Shown piece after piece: positions 27,994 to 37,760 of a DNA stretch of 64,000 bases; position 1 is the stretch's first letter, and each line of letters begins with the position of its first letter. The notes beneath the pieces were generated by a model. It had not been told where the DNA came from. It ran no database searches and saw only the letters and a program-made list of their open reading frames with translations. This DNA is from a virus, in the IMG/VR virus record IMGVR_UViG_3300022690_000671, positions 15,948 to 79,947 of that record; one strand, 5' to 3'. The position numbers were made by a program, and so were the translations under genes.

Positions 27994-30900
27994 TCATAAC
28001 GTCCGATGTTTTTTTGGTGGAACCAGGGATACGTGAACTCGCATACCAGCCTTTTTGGCGGTTTCTATCATATCCCTGGTTCCTCTTGAAGTTCCGTTCC
28101 ATACGGCAATAAGAGCAGCGCCATTCTTTCCAATAGAAGACATGGCCTTTTCCGCCATAAGTTGATTACGGTTATGCCCCGCCAAAGCATTGTATGGTAC
28201 TCCTAAAACGTTGCGTTTCATAAGAACGTTATCTACTTCGAAATTGTTCCATTGCGCCGCTTCTTCATGGTGGTCGATTCCTTCTCTAACTGCATATTCC
28301 TTGGCCGCAGCGTCAACTCCCTTAGCCCCGCCCTGAATAATTTTGGCAATAACATTACCAGAGGGATCACTATCGGCCTTTTCTATTAACTTCAAAAAAG
28401 GAGCCCCCGCAATGGCGCGTTCTATCCAAAAAATATCATTTATGTCACGCCCCCCTGCTATGATAACTTGCATAGGTTTACGTTTCACATCGCGTTGGAC
28501 AATCTCTATGCTATTATAATCGAAATCAGGATCCGTTTGTTCACTAAACAACATACGCCATCCCTCTTCAGTAAAGAATATCCCGAACTTCTTCGCGGAG
28601 TCCATGAGTTTCTTTAAATACCAGTTCGTGTTTTCGTCTGGATTGTCAGGATCGTGTTCCTCGGCCCATTTGCTATGTTGAAAAGCACGTATCTTATACA
28701 CCTTCATTTCCTTGGGCGCGGCGCAATAGTGAGCAAAGCGGTCGCCTACCACCACCTTGTGTTTCCCCGATTCGTGTATTCTCTTGGCGACCTCATATCC
28801 AGCATCAGCGTTGCGTCCTCCGTTTCCAACGCCTAGTTTTACCTTCTTGTCGTAGAGACTCAGCGGATCCTTAACTGTGCTGCGTTTACAAAACTCGTCA
28901 ATTGTCCAGTCGGACGTAAAGACTTTTGTCCAATACCTCGTGTAAATTTCATGTACCTTTACAGGATCTCTTTCCAAAATGGCTGTGATGATCTCTACTA
29001 CGAACTCACGACGAAAAAGTTCGATCACGCGGCTCTTGAAGCTACCGCCTTTAATCTTTAGCCGACCCTCAACAAGAGCGTAATTCTTCTTACGTAACGA
29101 AAGCATAGAAGTTGCTCTTCCATCGAAACCAACTACGATTCCTGATGGCATACGTTTTGTCAGAGACTCAACCCAATCCCTGTCTCCCATAGGAAACGGT
29201 CCCTTGATATCATGTTTTAATTCAATAATGGCGACCGCCTTACCTTCTGGATGATCCTGGTTGTATACCCATTTAGGAGGAATACAAAGTGTTCCGTCCG
29301 TATTCTTACAGAGAATTCCACCTACTCCACCAACAAATGTTCCGTCTTCTGTAGAAATATCATAAACATCTAATCCTGTCTTTCTTTCAATCAAAGCTCT
29401 AACTTCACTTGACTCATATTTTATCCGCCGCGTTCCAGTAAGAGTGCCCAAACGTACAATTGTTTCTTTATCTTTTCTAACATGTACATTAATTCTATGA
29501 GATAACTCCAGATCTCTCATCAACCACCACATCCCAGCAGCAAGTATGTGAGACTTTGTTGTATATTGTCCAGTACCGTCTTTATAAAAATGACCATCTC
29601 CCTTCATAGCTCCGTCAAAAAAACCATGTTTCATTTCTTTTGATCCGTTCAAGACAACGGAAGGAACTTTCTTTTGATGAGTTGCTTCATCATAGAGAAG
29701 ATTATTCCATATATTATATTGTATTATATTGTAACCGCCAGTTGCTTTATTACATCCTGTGGATTTCATTGTATCGTAAACCATCATCCTGGTTCTATAG
29801 TATTTAAACGCAAGATCACAAACAAGTTGAAGCAAATCCTTATCTTTTTCGGCGCACGATACATTCGTCGACCAACCATTTGGTTTTCTTGAAACCCTGG
29901 ACGTAGAGCCTTCTGCTACCATAATACCCAGGAGCCAACCGTGTTCATAGTCTCCTTCTTCGTTGTTCGGTAAAATAGGCAAATCGATAATCTCAAGTTT
30001 ATCCCCTATAATCAAATCACGGGGTTTAACCATTTCTCCATCTTCACGAAAAAGGCTATGATCTTCAGTTACAACAACAGTACCACACATTGTTCTGACT
30101 TCAAGCATACGTTTATCTGTATTGTGACGCTTAGTATATTTGATAGGTTTCCATCCCGATCTAGTTAAGACTTCTATTCCATCATATCCATCAAAACGAC
30201 GTAATTCGTCCGAATCATGAAGAGTAGCTATAGACACAACATCAATATCATCGCCGCGACGTATGTAAACAGGTGTATAAGCAGCAACAGAGTCACAAGC
30301 TATAGGTTGTCCTCCATCTTTAATGATTTCACGAAGCATCTTTTTAAGAAGACCCTGACCTATGGTACATACACGATCTGCTTGAATAAAATCATTAAAA
30401 ATAAAGAAGTTAAAACCAAGTGCGCCATACATCGAGTTGCCTTGTATTTTATAAGCCGCTTGTTTATGATCTAACGACTCGTGTTCTTTCTTTCTACCTG
30501 TCAGAGGTTTACCATTTAAATCTTCTAAGGCTTTCATCTCGGCCTTAGTCGCCAAACGTAAATCTGTCAACTCTCTTAAAATCCTTGGGAACGTATTTAA
30601 CGTGTCGGTTGACGGTTTTACATCATAGTTGAGCATAATACTTGGATACAGAGACTCGACATCTGCATAAACTATGTTCTCGTAGACTCCTATTTTGAAT
30701 ATATCAGTATAACCACCAACTTCCATTCGACCCGCCTTGAATGTTGGTATGCTATGTCGTTTTTCCAGATATTCCCTTACCATGATGTGTTCTACCTTAG
30801 TTGCAGAACCTCCTCTGGCTATACGCTCATAGGTCATTGGAACCATCTGGCTCAACGCAAAATGACTTCCGCCGAGATGTTTACCAATGGATCTGGTTTC

Positions 30901-31932
30901 ATATACATCGTCTAGAGCATAACGCAGTACACGTTCAGGGTCTTCGTCCCAGGTCTTTGCTATTTGATCTCCCTGGATGTATTCACGATTTTCTGAGGCA
31001 AAACCAAAGTATTTAGCTGCACCTTTCAGGGTGTGATCTTGCATCGATCTTTTAACTACGTCAAACGCCAATACCAAGAAATATGTATCTATGATGTGTC
31101 TCCCAGCTATAGTCCAGGCCGGGTATTCTATCTGGCGTTCAGCGAAACGTATTTGTGTATCATAGAATGTGGGAACGGATCCGTCTCGTCCTATGTTAAC
31201 CTCGATACCATAACGTTCGCACCTGGTCATCAGGTAAGGCATATCGAAACTCAGGAAGTTGTGGCCCTCGATAATGTCGGGGTCCAAAGCTTGAATGGTT
31301 TCGACCCATTCTTCCAACATTTCTTTTTCGGTATCAAACCTAATTGAATCTTTAGTGTGAACACCTTTTGGAGCAATATGAAAAACAACATCAAATCCTT
31401 TATTATCACACATAGATATGATAAAAATCTTATCGGTTTCTCTGGAAGCGTTAGGAAAACCTACCCTGCTATATGCCTCAATGTCGCACTGAAGACGATG
31501 GACATCATCAAACCCCCTGCCCTTAAACATGGTATTACCAGTCTGCATAAGCCACTGAGACTCAGCAGATGCGATCATGTAGATCTCTTTACGTTTCCAT
31601 TCCCTCGTTTTAAGATTCTTAAGCACTTGTTTTTTAGCTCCCCACATCTCAAACCAGTTGTTAAACACAACAAGCACCTGGTAATAGTTGTCGCCCTCAA
31701 GATTTACCCAACGATACTGTTCGCGAGGAAAGTTATTGAGAAGATTAATATCTTTGAGCCAGAAAAACGGATAAAAGTTTTCCAAAGTGAATTCTGTACG
31801 ACCAATATGATTATTCCACACCTGCATCTTGTTACCATCAGGATGCATCGCCAAACCGACAATACCCTGTCTGTCAGACTTACCGTAGAGTAGTGCAGAT
31901 TGTATAGGGTCGTCTTTTAATTCCACTCTCAA
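27994..31932 (-). CDS. polB: Family B DNA polymerase with 3'-5' exonuclease, intein and C-terminal SLOG (YspA/DUF2493-like) domain
   Basis: Exo I DIE, Exo II GHNFLSFDMPYL, Exo III YALDD; motif A DVESLYPSIM, motif B K...NSMYG, motif C ACD|TDG split by the intein, KKNY. C-terminal IIAGGRD...IQGGAKGVD...AGHNRN..MA...WNGTSRGTRDMI. Confidence 0.93.
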   Translation of the reverse strand: MRVELKDDPIQSALLYGKSDRQGIVGLAMHPDGNKMQVWNNHIGRTEFTLENFYPFFWLKDINLLNNFPREQYRWVNLEGDNYYQVLVVFNNWFEMWGAKKQVLKNLKTREWKRKEIYMIASAESQWLMQTGNTMFKGRGFDDVHRLQCDIEAYSRVGFPNASRETDKIFIISMCDNKGFDVVFHIAPKGVHTKDSIRFDTEKEMLEEWVETIQALDPDIIEGHNFLSFDMPYLMTRCERYGIEVNIGRDGSVPTFYDTQIRFAERQIEYPAWTIAGRHIIDTYFLVLAFDVVKRSMQDHTLKGAAKYFGFASENREYIQGDQIAKTWDEDPERVLRYALDDVYETRSIGKHLGGSHFALSQMVPMTYERIARGGSATKVEHIMVREYLEKRHSIPTFKAGRMEVGGYTDIFKIGVYENIVYADVESLYPSIMLNYDVKPSTDTLNTFPRILRELTDLRLATKAEMKALEDLNGKPLTGRKKEHESLDHKQAAYKIQGNSMYGALGFNFFIFNDFIQADRVCTIGQGLLKKMLREIIKDGGQPIACDSVAAYTPVYIRRGDDIDVVSIATLHDSDELRRFDGYDGIEVLTRSGWKPIKYTKRHNTDKRMLEVRTMCGTVVVTEDHSLFREDGEMVKPRDLIIGDKLEIIDLPILPNNEEGDYEHGWLLGIMVAEGSTSRVSRKPNGWSTNVSCAEKDKDLLQLVCDLAFKYYRTRMMVYDTMKSTGCNKATGGYNIIQYNIWNNLLYDEATHQKKVPSVVLNGSKEMKHGFFDGAMKGDGHFYKDGTGQYTTKSHILAAGMWWLMRDLELSHRINVHVRKDKETIVRLGTLTGTRRIKYESSEVRALIERKTGLDVYDISTEDGTFVGGVGGILCKNTDGTLCIPPKWVYNQDHPEGKAVAIIELKHDIKGPFPMGDRDWVESLTKRMPSGIVVGFDGRATSMLSLRKKNYALVEGRLKIKGGSFKSRVIELFRREFVVEIITAILERDPVKVHEIYTRYWTKVFTSDWTIDEFCKRSTVKDPLSLYDKKVKLGVGNGGRNADAGYEVAKRIHESGKHKVVVGDRFAHYCAAPKEMKVYKIRAFQHSKWAEEHDPDNPDENTNWYLKKLMDSAKKFGIFFTEEGWRMLFSEQTDPDFDYNSIEIVQRDVKRKPMQVIIAGGRDINDIFWIERAIAGAPFLKLIEKADSDPSGNVIAKIIQGGAKGVDAAAKEYAVREGIDHHEEAAQWNNFEVDNVLMKRNVLGVPYNALAGHNRNQLMAEKAMSSIGKNGAALIAVWNGTSRGTRDMIETAKKAGMRVHVSLVPPKKHRTL
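29302..30291 (-). mobile_element. Intein (330 aa) with LAGLIDADG endonuclease in PolB motif C
   Basis: Starts SVAAYTPV; block B VTEDHSLF; LLGIMVAEGS and FFDGAMKGDG; block F VYDISTEDGTF; ends LCKN followed by Thr. Confidence 0.92.
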
Positions 31933-31973
31933 CCTCCCTGCTGTTGATTGGCTTGTATTAACTTATATACAAC

Positions 31974-32186
31974 TTAGAGCGGGAATTTGTTTCGTGTTCG
32001 TTCATTCTTCAAATAAGGAAAACGAAGTTCCATGATATGTGTTAACTCTAATATCCAATTATAGACGTTCATATAACACCCAAATTTCGTAGTTCTATGT
32101 ATGGCAGCGCCAAGTTCAGTTGCTCGACACTCTAACCATAGGTCATATGGCATAATACCGCGTGGTGGTCTCTTCTGTTCTGACAT
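31974..32186 (-). CDS. Hypothetical protein
   Basis: Likely start MSEQKRPP immediately after the upstream stop. Confidence 0.5.
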   Translation of the reverse strand: MSEQKRPPRGIMPYDLWLECRATELGAAIHRTTKFGCYMNVYNWILELTHIMELRFPYLKNERTRNKFPL

Positions 32187-32188
32187 AA

Positions 32189-32500
32189 TTAATCTGTTCT
32201 CATTTGTGCCATATGTAAAGACTCCATTGAAGGAAGTCCTCGCATGGCGTCCTCGGGATCCAACCATAGTTCGATCTTTTTATTCAAAATGGATTCCTCT
32301 ATCCACTCCTTAGTCAGCAAAACTCTTCCTTTTTTCATACCTTTTATTCTGAATTGAGAGGCCACAATTTGACCTTCAACCACCTGGTCAGCGCTTTCAT
32401 CTTCGAAACCAATAACCAGGATTTTTCCATTCGGGTTGACAATACGTAAAAAGAATTTAAAATCCGTTATATTCATCATTTCCTTGTAATAGTATTTCAT
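32189..32500 (-). CDS. Hypothetical protein
   Basis: 103-aa ORF. Confidence 0.55.
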   Translation of the reverse strand: MKYYYKEMMNITDFKFFLRIVNPNGKILVIGFEDESADQVVEGQIVASQFRIKGMKKGRVLLTKEWIEESILNKKIELWLDPEDAMRGLPSMESLHMAQMRTD

Positions 32501-32602
32501 CGAATCGCTCGTCTATAGAGGCAGTAACTAATCGACACTTATCTCCGTCCCCGAGATAACATAATGATAATCTAACGGTTTGTGTTGACAAAAGCAATTG
32601 CG

Positions 32603-33157
32603 TCATCTGTTTATCCTTCGGCGCTTACGTCCTTTATGACGAACTTTTTTCACTTGTATAGAAGAAGACCAGCCCTCTGGTGCATAGATTTTTTCCCATA
32701 GTCGCCAGGTCATCGCTTTACCCATGCGTAAATATTGAGACTTGGTTGTTTTATTCCGATGTATGAAAGGTGCTTTTCGTTTAACAATAACAGTACCCTT
32801 TTTGTTGATCCAAATAAGCCCAGCATGGTCAGGTATGTCTTCCAATCCAAAAACATTATCAGGACACACGTAGTAGAAAAAATTGGGTAATCGTCGAGTC
32901 GACCTGTTTTGCCCCTTTTTCAACGTTTCATGTTTGTAACGCTTGTTACGAAGCTCACGCTTAAGATCCGCTTTGTTTATCTTAATTTCATACTCGGCAA
33001 TACGTTCCTGACTGTTCATTCCAATCAGATCACATTCCCAATCGTAGAATAATATGTTTGGTATAATATACGAATGGCCCAGCTTCAATAAATAGGGCCA
33101 CAAGAGACTTTGAATTCTCTTCTCTGTCCAACGTTCTATTTTCTTGGCTCTTCTCAA
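32603..33157 (-). CDS. MmcB-like PD-(D/E)XK nuclease-fold protein
   Basis: ECDLI...EYEIK..KAD, PNFFYYVCP, IP.HAGLI. Confidence 0.7.
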   Translation of the reverse strand: MRRAKKIERWTEKRIQSLLWPYLLKLGHSYIIPNILFYDWECDLIGMNSQERIAEYEIKINKADLKRELRNKRYKHETLKKGQNRSTRRLPNFFYYVCPDNVFGLEDIPDHAGLIWINKKGTVIVKRKAPFIHRNKTTKSQYLRMGKAMTWRLWEKIYAPEGWSSSIQVKKVRHKGRKRRRINR

Positions 33158-33290
33158 CCTTCTACTCGTATAACAAGAATTTTATCAGGAGTTTCATCAA
33201 CAATTTGACCATCCTTAACGCTGATAAGTCTTCCGTGCGGAAATCTCTCGGCGTCAGATTTTGTCTTGTCGTAATGAAAATACCATATTC

Positions 33291-33764
33291 TCATGTCTTT
33301 ATCGGAAAAGGACGTAGTTGCCCCTGGGTCGCATAAAAGGCAAGTGGCTTCTTAGAAGAACCAAAGTTAGATTTCTGAGCCAAATTGTGAATGTCTTGTC
33401 CCTTCATCCAACCGACCACTTTGTAATCAGGCGAATTCGAGATTACCAGGACAAAGACTTCATCAAGCTTGTCGTTGGGTCTGAAGATCAGTTTACCGTT
33501 TTTATGTGTCGTTCCTCTCACCTGTATGGAACCAACATCGGGCGCTTTGAATGTATTGTATGTAGGGAGGAAGTAAACATTTACTGCTTTAGCATATGCT
33601 ATTTCACAAAGAGCCCCAACCAGGTCGCTATTACTACCCCATCCTGGGCCATTGGCTTTTAACCCCATCTTACGAGATTCGGACCATCTCTTTCCAGCGA
33701 GTAGAGCGCCCAGATGGTGCTCTACCTCGCCAAGAGTTACGATTATGTTCTTTCCTTCAATCAT
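33291..33764 (-). CDS. Conserved-looking phage protein, possibly restriction-endonuclease fold
   Basis: GALCEIAYAK...PDVG.IQVR...VVGW..G pattern. Confidence 0.5.
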   Translation of the reverse strand: MIEGKNIIVTLGEVEHHLGALLAGKRWSESRKMGLKANGPGWGSNSDLVGALCEIAYAKAVNVYFLPTYNTFKAPDVGSIQVRGTTHKNGKLIFRPNDKLDEVFVLVISNSPDYKVVGWMKGQDIHNLAQKSNFGSSKKPLAFYATQGQLRPFPIKT

Positions 33765-33946
33765 ATCGTTATGAGCTTTTTATAACCTAATAGAGTTTCC
33801 CCATAGCTATGAGCATCTAAAAACTCAAAAATATGTTCGTCGTTTGAGTTTCTGACTATAGGAGGAGCTTCAGTAATAAATCCATTTGAATCTACACTTA
33901 AAGCAATCGTCGCATAAGTCAAAACAACGTAATACCAGATGTTCAT
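33761..33946 (-). CDS. Hypothetical protein
   Basis: 61 aa, AGGAG RBS, ATGA overlap with the next gene. Confidence 0.5.
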   Translation of the reverse strand: MNIWYYVVLTYATIALSVDSNGFITEAPPIVRNSNDEHIFEFLDAHSYGETLLGYKKLITI

Positions 33947-33960
33947 ATTGACTCCTGATT

Positions 33961-34329
33961 TTAGAGAAATAGATGTTGTCTTGCGTCATGTACTTCTTCG
34001 CCTTGTTGGGCAAAATCCGCAAGTTTGTAACTATTAAAATGGGGGCCGAAAATCGGCTGTCCGTTGAACTGAAATGACTCCCTGATTTCGTGTTCTTCTG
34101 CCATCAAAACTGCGGCAAATGCAGTTTGAACGATCTCGCTATCGGTCGAATGACAAGATACGTACCACTTTCGTCCACGTTGGACTGTTTGAATTCCAGT
34201 ATAAGCATCAGGAGCCTCAAAAGTTACTTGAAGGAAGTAACCTTCTTTGCCCATATTTTCACACCTGAAATTGACGTTTTTGTATTCGATATTGGATAAA
34301 ACATGAGTCAGTGTTTCTAACGTCTGCAT
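33961..34329 (-). CDS. Hypothetical phage protein
   Basis: GRKWYVS...SEIVQTAF.A....EEHE.RE.F.F....IFGPH; start taken at MQTLE. Confidence 0.6.
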   Translation of the reverse strand: MQTLETLTHVLSNIEYKNVNFRCENMGKEGYFLQVTFEAPDAYTGIQTVQRGRKWYVSCHSTDSEIVQTAFAAVLMAEEHEIRESFQFNGQPIFGPHFNSYKLADFAQQGEEVHDARQHLFL

Positions 34330-34348
34330 AGTTTTTATCCTTTTATAT

Positions 34349-34822
34349 TCAACCCTCTCTTCGACACAGTTCTGTCTGGAAATCTGTGAGCATAGACCTG
34401 GCATTTCGAACATATTCTAGAACGCTATACTCAAGTCTATCGAGCATATACAAAGCATCTTTGATTGATTTTATATCGTTTGCATAAAACCCAATACTTA
34501 ATATCCTATCTCTTGAAGACGTGTTAATCTTCAAGAAGCCAACAACTCTATCGCCTTCTCCTGAGAAAGCATTTAATTCCACGTTGAATCCTATTGAGTC
34601 TTGACTCCTAAGATCTCTCCGGAGAAATGCGCGGTGCCTTACTTCCCGATCTTGAAGCGTAGTATTTGCAGTTTTCTTTTTCATAGTCATAGGGCACGGT
34701 GTTATAATAGGTTTGTCCATGAGGATGATCGGGACGTAGATATCTGAGGCAGGTGTCTCTGATAGGACACCCATGTCCTTCACACTTAGGTTCGTGAATT
34801 TCAGCAGATAGCGTAAGGTCAA
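34349..34822 (-). CDS. Hypothetical protein (true start probably internal)
   Basis: Overlaps 34608..34865. Confidence 0.4.
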   Translation of the reverse strand: MTLRYLLKFTNLSVKDMGVLSETPASDIYVPIILMDKPIITPCPMTMKKKTANTTLQDREVRHRAFLRRDLRSQDSIGFNVELNAFSGEGDRVVGFLKINTSSRDRILSIGFYANDIKSIKDALYMLDRLEYSVLEYVRNARSMLTDFQTELCRREG

Positions 34823-34865
34823 AGTGTGACACTCGACGGTCGCGAGGCTGCAATGGATCTATCAT
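34608..34865 (-). CDS. Small Cys-rich phage protein
   Basis: KCEGHGCPIRDTCLRY...C.YY. Confidence 0.55.
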   Translation of the reverse strand: MIDPLQPRDRRVSHFDLTLSAEIHEPKCEGHGCPIRDTCLRYLRPDHPHGQTYYNTVPYDYEKENCKYYASRSGSKAPRISPERS

Positions 34866-35059
34866 TTACGTCTCGTTTGCATAGAAGTTTCGCGACCATA
34901 GTACAAACTACCCTCGACCTTAAAGGCCAGACTTCCTGAGACAAAAATGCGTTTACAATTCTGTCCAGTCGTGGGGCAAATAGTTAAAGGTTCGTCTAAT
35001 ATGGATTGACGATGTTCAAACATTGTTTGATCGGCGCGGCGGTAATCGTAAAACGGCAT
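34862..35059 (-). CDS. FmdB-family zinc-ribbon-like regulatory protein
   Basis: MPFYDYRR.D...FE..QSI.DEPLT.CPTTGQ.C.RI......F...G..Y. Confidence 0.75.
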   Translation of the reverse strand: MPFYDYRRADQTMFEHRQSILDEPLTICPTTGQNCKRIFVSGSLAFKVEGSLYYGRETSMQTRRK

Positions 35060-35062
35060 GGT

Positions 35063-35275
35063 TTATTCCTCTGATGGTCTCGAAGACTTGATGGTCGCAG
35101 TAACTACATCATCTTTAATTCGAATAGGACGGGTATAGTCAACCTCGATAGGATCAACTCCGCATTCTTCAAACCATTCTATAAGGTACTGCTCCCCGAC
35201 TTCGCCTAGCCAATCTAAAAACGCCACCACTTGTCCAGTATTATCGAAACCTTCTAGTACAAGTTTAACACTCAT
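35063..35275 (-). CDS. Hypothetical protein
   Basis: 70-aa ORF with overlap coupling. Confidence 0.55.
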   Translation of the reverse strand: MSVKLVLEGFDNTGQVVAFLDWLGEVGEQYLIEWFEECGVDPIEVDYTRPIRIKDDVVTATIKSSRPSEE

Positions 35276-35724
35276 CGATCATCTCCGTCGCCCTGAAGCG
35301 CACCTCGTTCCTGACGATCTTTTAATTTGGTGACGTTTCCTGTTGCGACTTCGCCCATGTCCAGATCAAGAAGAGTACAAAGTTCAGCAACGTACCAGAG
35401 CACATCACCTATTTCCTTCCCCAGAGCAGCACGTACTTCATCGGTCACATCTCCACCATTATCACGAAGAATTTTCTTGACTTTACCCGCGATTTCCCCA
35501 GCCTCGCCTACTAATCCAAGGGCGACGTAGAAAATACTCAACGTGTCGTTAAGCTCGTCGTCATTTTCAAAGTGAACGTCGGCTCTACCCAACATGAACT
35601 GAATAGCCATCTCATAGGGCGTTGCCGTACAATGCGCCGCTCTTTGATAATGGTCGAACGTGTTGTTGACGTGGGTAGACACCATGCCTTCGAGATTACT
35701 TCCACCAAAACAAGGATCATTCAT
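35272..35724 (-). CDS. MazG-like nucleotide pyrophosphohydrolase
   Basis: LGLVGEAGEIA.KVKK..RD, KEIGDVLWY, N..KL.DR..RG...G.GD.R. Confidence 0.9.
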   Translation of the reverse strand: MNDPCFGGSNLEGMVSTHVNNTFDHYQRAAHCTATPYEMAIQFMLGRADVHFENDDELNDTLSIFYVALGLVGEAGEIAGKVKKILRDNGGDVTDEVRAALGKEIGDVLWYVAELCTLLDLDMGEVATGNVTKLKDRQERGALQGDGDDR

Positions 35725-36085
35725 AAGTCGTTCTCGATTTAAAGTGAACGTGTACTTGAGCCACTAGACACTGATGTACGTAGCTCTCGTAGTAATGAGC
35801 AGAACGATCAATTAAACCGTGACGTAAATTGTCGACGCATCCTTCAGAAAAGATTCCCGAAGGATATATAATTGGAGACCGATACTCGTCTATATCCACT
35901 GGTGTTTTCATAACAACCGGATCAGTCTGTTGATCGTCTGTAGGTAATGGTTCGATAATAATAATATCGTCATCTACAATAGGAGCATTAGCGCTTCGAC
36001 ATTGACCTATCAGTAGAACCATTGAACAGAGTAACATGATCAATAGTAGAGCTAAATTAACATGGTGTTCTCTTTTGTGTGTCAT
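35717..36085 (-). CDS. Hypothetical membrane/secreted protein
   Basis: N-terminal hydrophobic helix. Confidence 0.55.
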   Translation of the reverse strand: MTHKREHHVNLALLLIMLLCSMVLLIGQCRSANAPIVDDDIIIIEPLPTDDQQTDPVVMKTPVDIDEYRSPIIYPSGIFSEGCVDNLRHGLIDRSAHYYESYVHQCLVAQVHVHFKSRTTYE

Positions 36086-36273
36086 GGTAGTTAAGATTTA
36101 GGTTCGCGTTTAACGAATTGTCCTAATGTGTAAGCCATGATACTGAAAACTATTAGTGCTAAACCCAAATAGATATACATGTTGATTGATTCTTGGCCAA
36201 TGATCATCACGAACAACGCGAACGTCGTCAGAATCAAAATCATAATACGAATCAACCAATTAAATTTCATTTC

Positions 36274-36882
36274 TTACCTCAAGATACAGTTGTGCCAGTA
36301 CTTATTAGGATCAAAGTTGGTGTTCTCGTGTTCCGCCTCATAACCACAAACTAACCACACGTCGAGCAAAGTGTAAAAGAGACGACCCGCCTCTACGTAG
36401 AGCGCTTGTATTGCCCATTCTTCGTTGAGTACGGATAGTACCTCATCGGTAATAGGCATTATATATCCGAAAATAAATGCTGCTGGAACAACAGTACCTT
36501 TTATAGTTAGCCGGGTATTAACACAACGTCCCCAAAACTCCATCACTTCATTATCTGGAAGCCCTAGTTCCTCAGCAGTATAGGCACAGTTAACCCATAT
36601 TTCAGGAATAATATAATTAGGAACGCCACTATTGAAATATGTGATTCGAACCCCGATGTAGTACTGATCTTGCGCGGCTAAAGTAAAGAACCGTTCGCTC
36701 GGTTCATATTCAGGGGGCGCAGCGAACACAACTAACTCAGTGAATTCCTCGTTCTCGGGCGGATCTTCTTCCATCGCACTAGGAGCACCGCTACATCCAA
36801 GAACGAGTACGAGAATAAGCAATAATATTCCGTAAACAATCAAGCGCCAAAAAAGATTTGATGGTTCGTTAGAATAAGTCAC
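36274..36882 (-). CDS. Putative lipoprotein
   Basis: Hydrophobic signal ending in the lipobox VLGC. Confidence 0.6.
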   Translation of the reverse strand: MTYSNEPSNLFWRLIVYGILLLILVLVLGCSGAPSAMEEDPPENEEFTELVVFAAPPEYEPSERFFTLAAQDQYYIGVRITYFNSGVPNYIIPEIWVNCAYTAEELGLPDNEVMEFWGRCVNTRLTIKGTVVPAAFIFGYIMPITDEVLSVLNEEWAIQALYVEAGRLFYTLLDVWLVCGYEAEHENTNFDPNKYWHNCILR

Positions 36883-37760
36883 GAGTTCACCTTGGCCTCA
36901 GCCATTTCAATAAGTTGGTCAATTTCCTCTATCCACATGTCAACAGAATTGGGCGAGTAGCGGCCAAGACAAACCCCAAAAAAAGATTCGATGGTCGTTC
37001 GTTCATATTGCCCACGTTTCTGTATCCCGTAGATTTCCTCAAGTGCTTCAACGCCGACGTAGAGATCTTGGAGTGTAGACGGTTTGTCGTCTTCTAATAT
37101 CTCTTTTACGAGACTAAGACGAAAAAGTAACGCTCCCCATGCAGGTAATCGAGTCATCCAATAATCAAGGGTTATATCGGGTTCTATGTACCAACCGCTA
37201 CTACACTGTAAACAGGTAAGAAATCCCCTGGTACAATATTCGATAACCGTGCGAATCGAGACACCTTTCATCTCAGCAACATCACCGGCGTACAGCCAAC
37301 CAGTAGGAGGTTTAGGCAACTTAGGGTCGCCAGGATGTATGTGATATTGATAAAGACAAACGTCTTCTTTTTTTTCCGCTACTTGATTACGCTTTGTTAT
37401 TCGATCAAGTTCTTGCAACATATCGAACAAATTAAGCGCACTACCTTCCTCTTCATATCCCAGAAAAGGAGGAACATCTTCCGATCCGGTATGAAGTAGA
37501 TAAGCGTCGATCAGATCTGTTTCAGTGACACGAACAAAGCCGTCCTCTTCACCCTTGGATCCGAGGACGGCTTTAATCTGTCTCAATCGACCTTCCGGAG
37601 TTTTAGAGACCCTGGTTCTAATCGGTTCGATTACACGGAGACTAGAACGGGAGGTCGTCGTCGGGCGCGAAACTGCTTGGGACTGTTTCAGCAACTTCTG
37701 TAGCCCTTGAACGCTGCGCGGTAGATGCTTCTGATGTTCCATTTGATTCTCGATTGTCAA
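36879..37760 (-). CDS. HTH-containing DNA-binding protein (start uncertain)
   Basis: [21 protein letters not shown].....GWYI is an excisionase-like HTH. Confidence 0.55.
   Translation of the reverse strand: MTIENQMEHQKHLPRSVQGLQKLLKQSQAVSRPTTTSRSSLRVIEPIRTRVSKTPEGRLRQIKAVLGSKGEEDGFVRVTETDLIDAYLLHTGSEDVPPFLGYEEEGSALNLFDMLQELDRITKRNQVAEKKEDVCLYQYHIHPGDPKLPKPPTGWLYAGDVAEMKGVSIRTVIEYCTRGFLTCLQCSSGWYIEPDITLDYWMTRLPAWGALLFRLSLVKEILEDDKPSTLQDLYVGVEALEEIYGIQKRGQYERTTIESFFGVCLGRYSPNSVDMWIEEIDQLIEMAEAKVNS

Noticed and set aside
33065-33074. Additional TTCGTATATT promoter core
   Set aside because: It lies inside a CDS and has neither a TTGA nor an AAC element at the right spacing.
25702-35724. Z-genome (2-aminoadenine) pathway suggested by HD hydrolase + MazG + kinase
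   Set aside because: No PurZ-like gene in the window, and these enzymes are common in ordinary phages.
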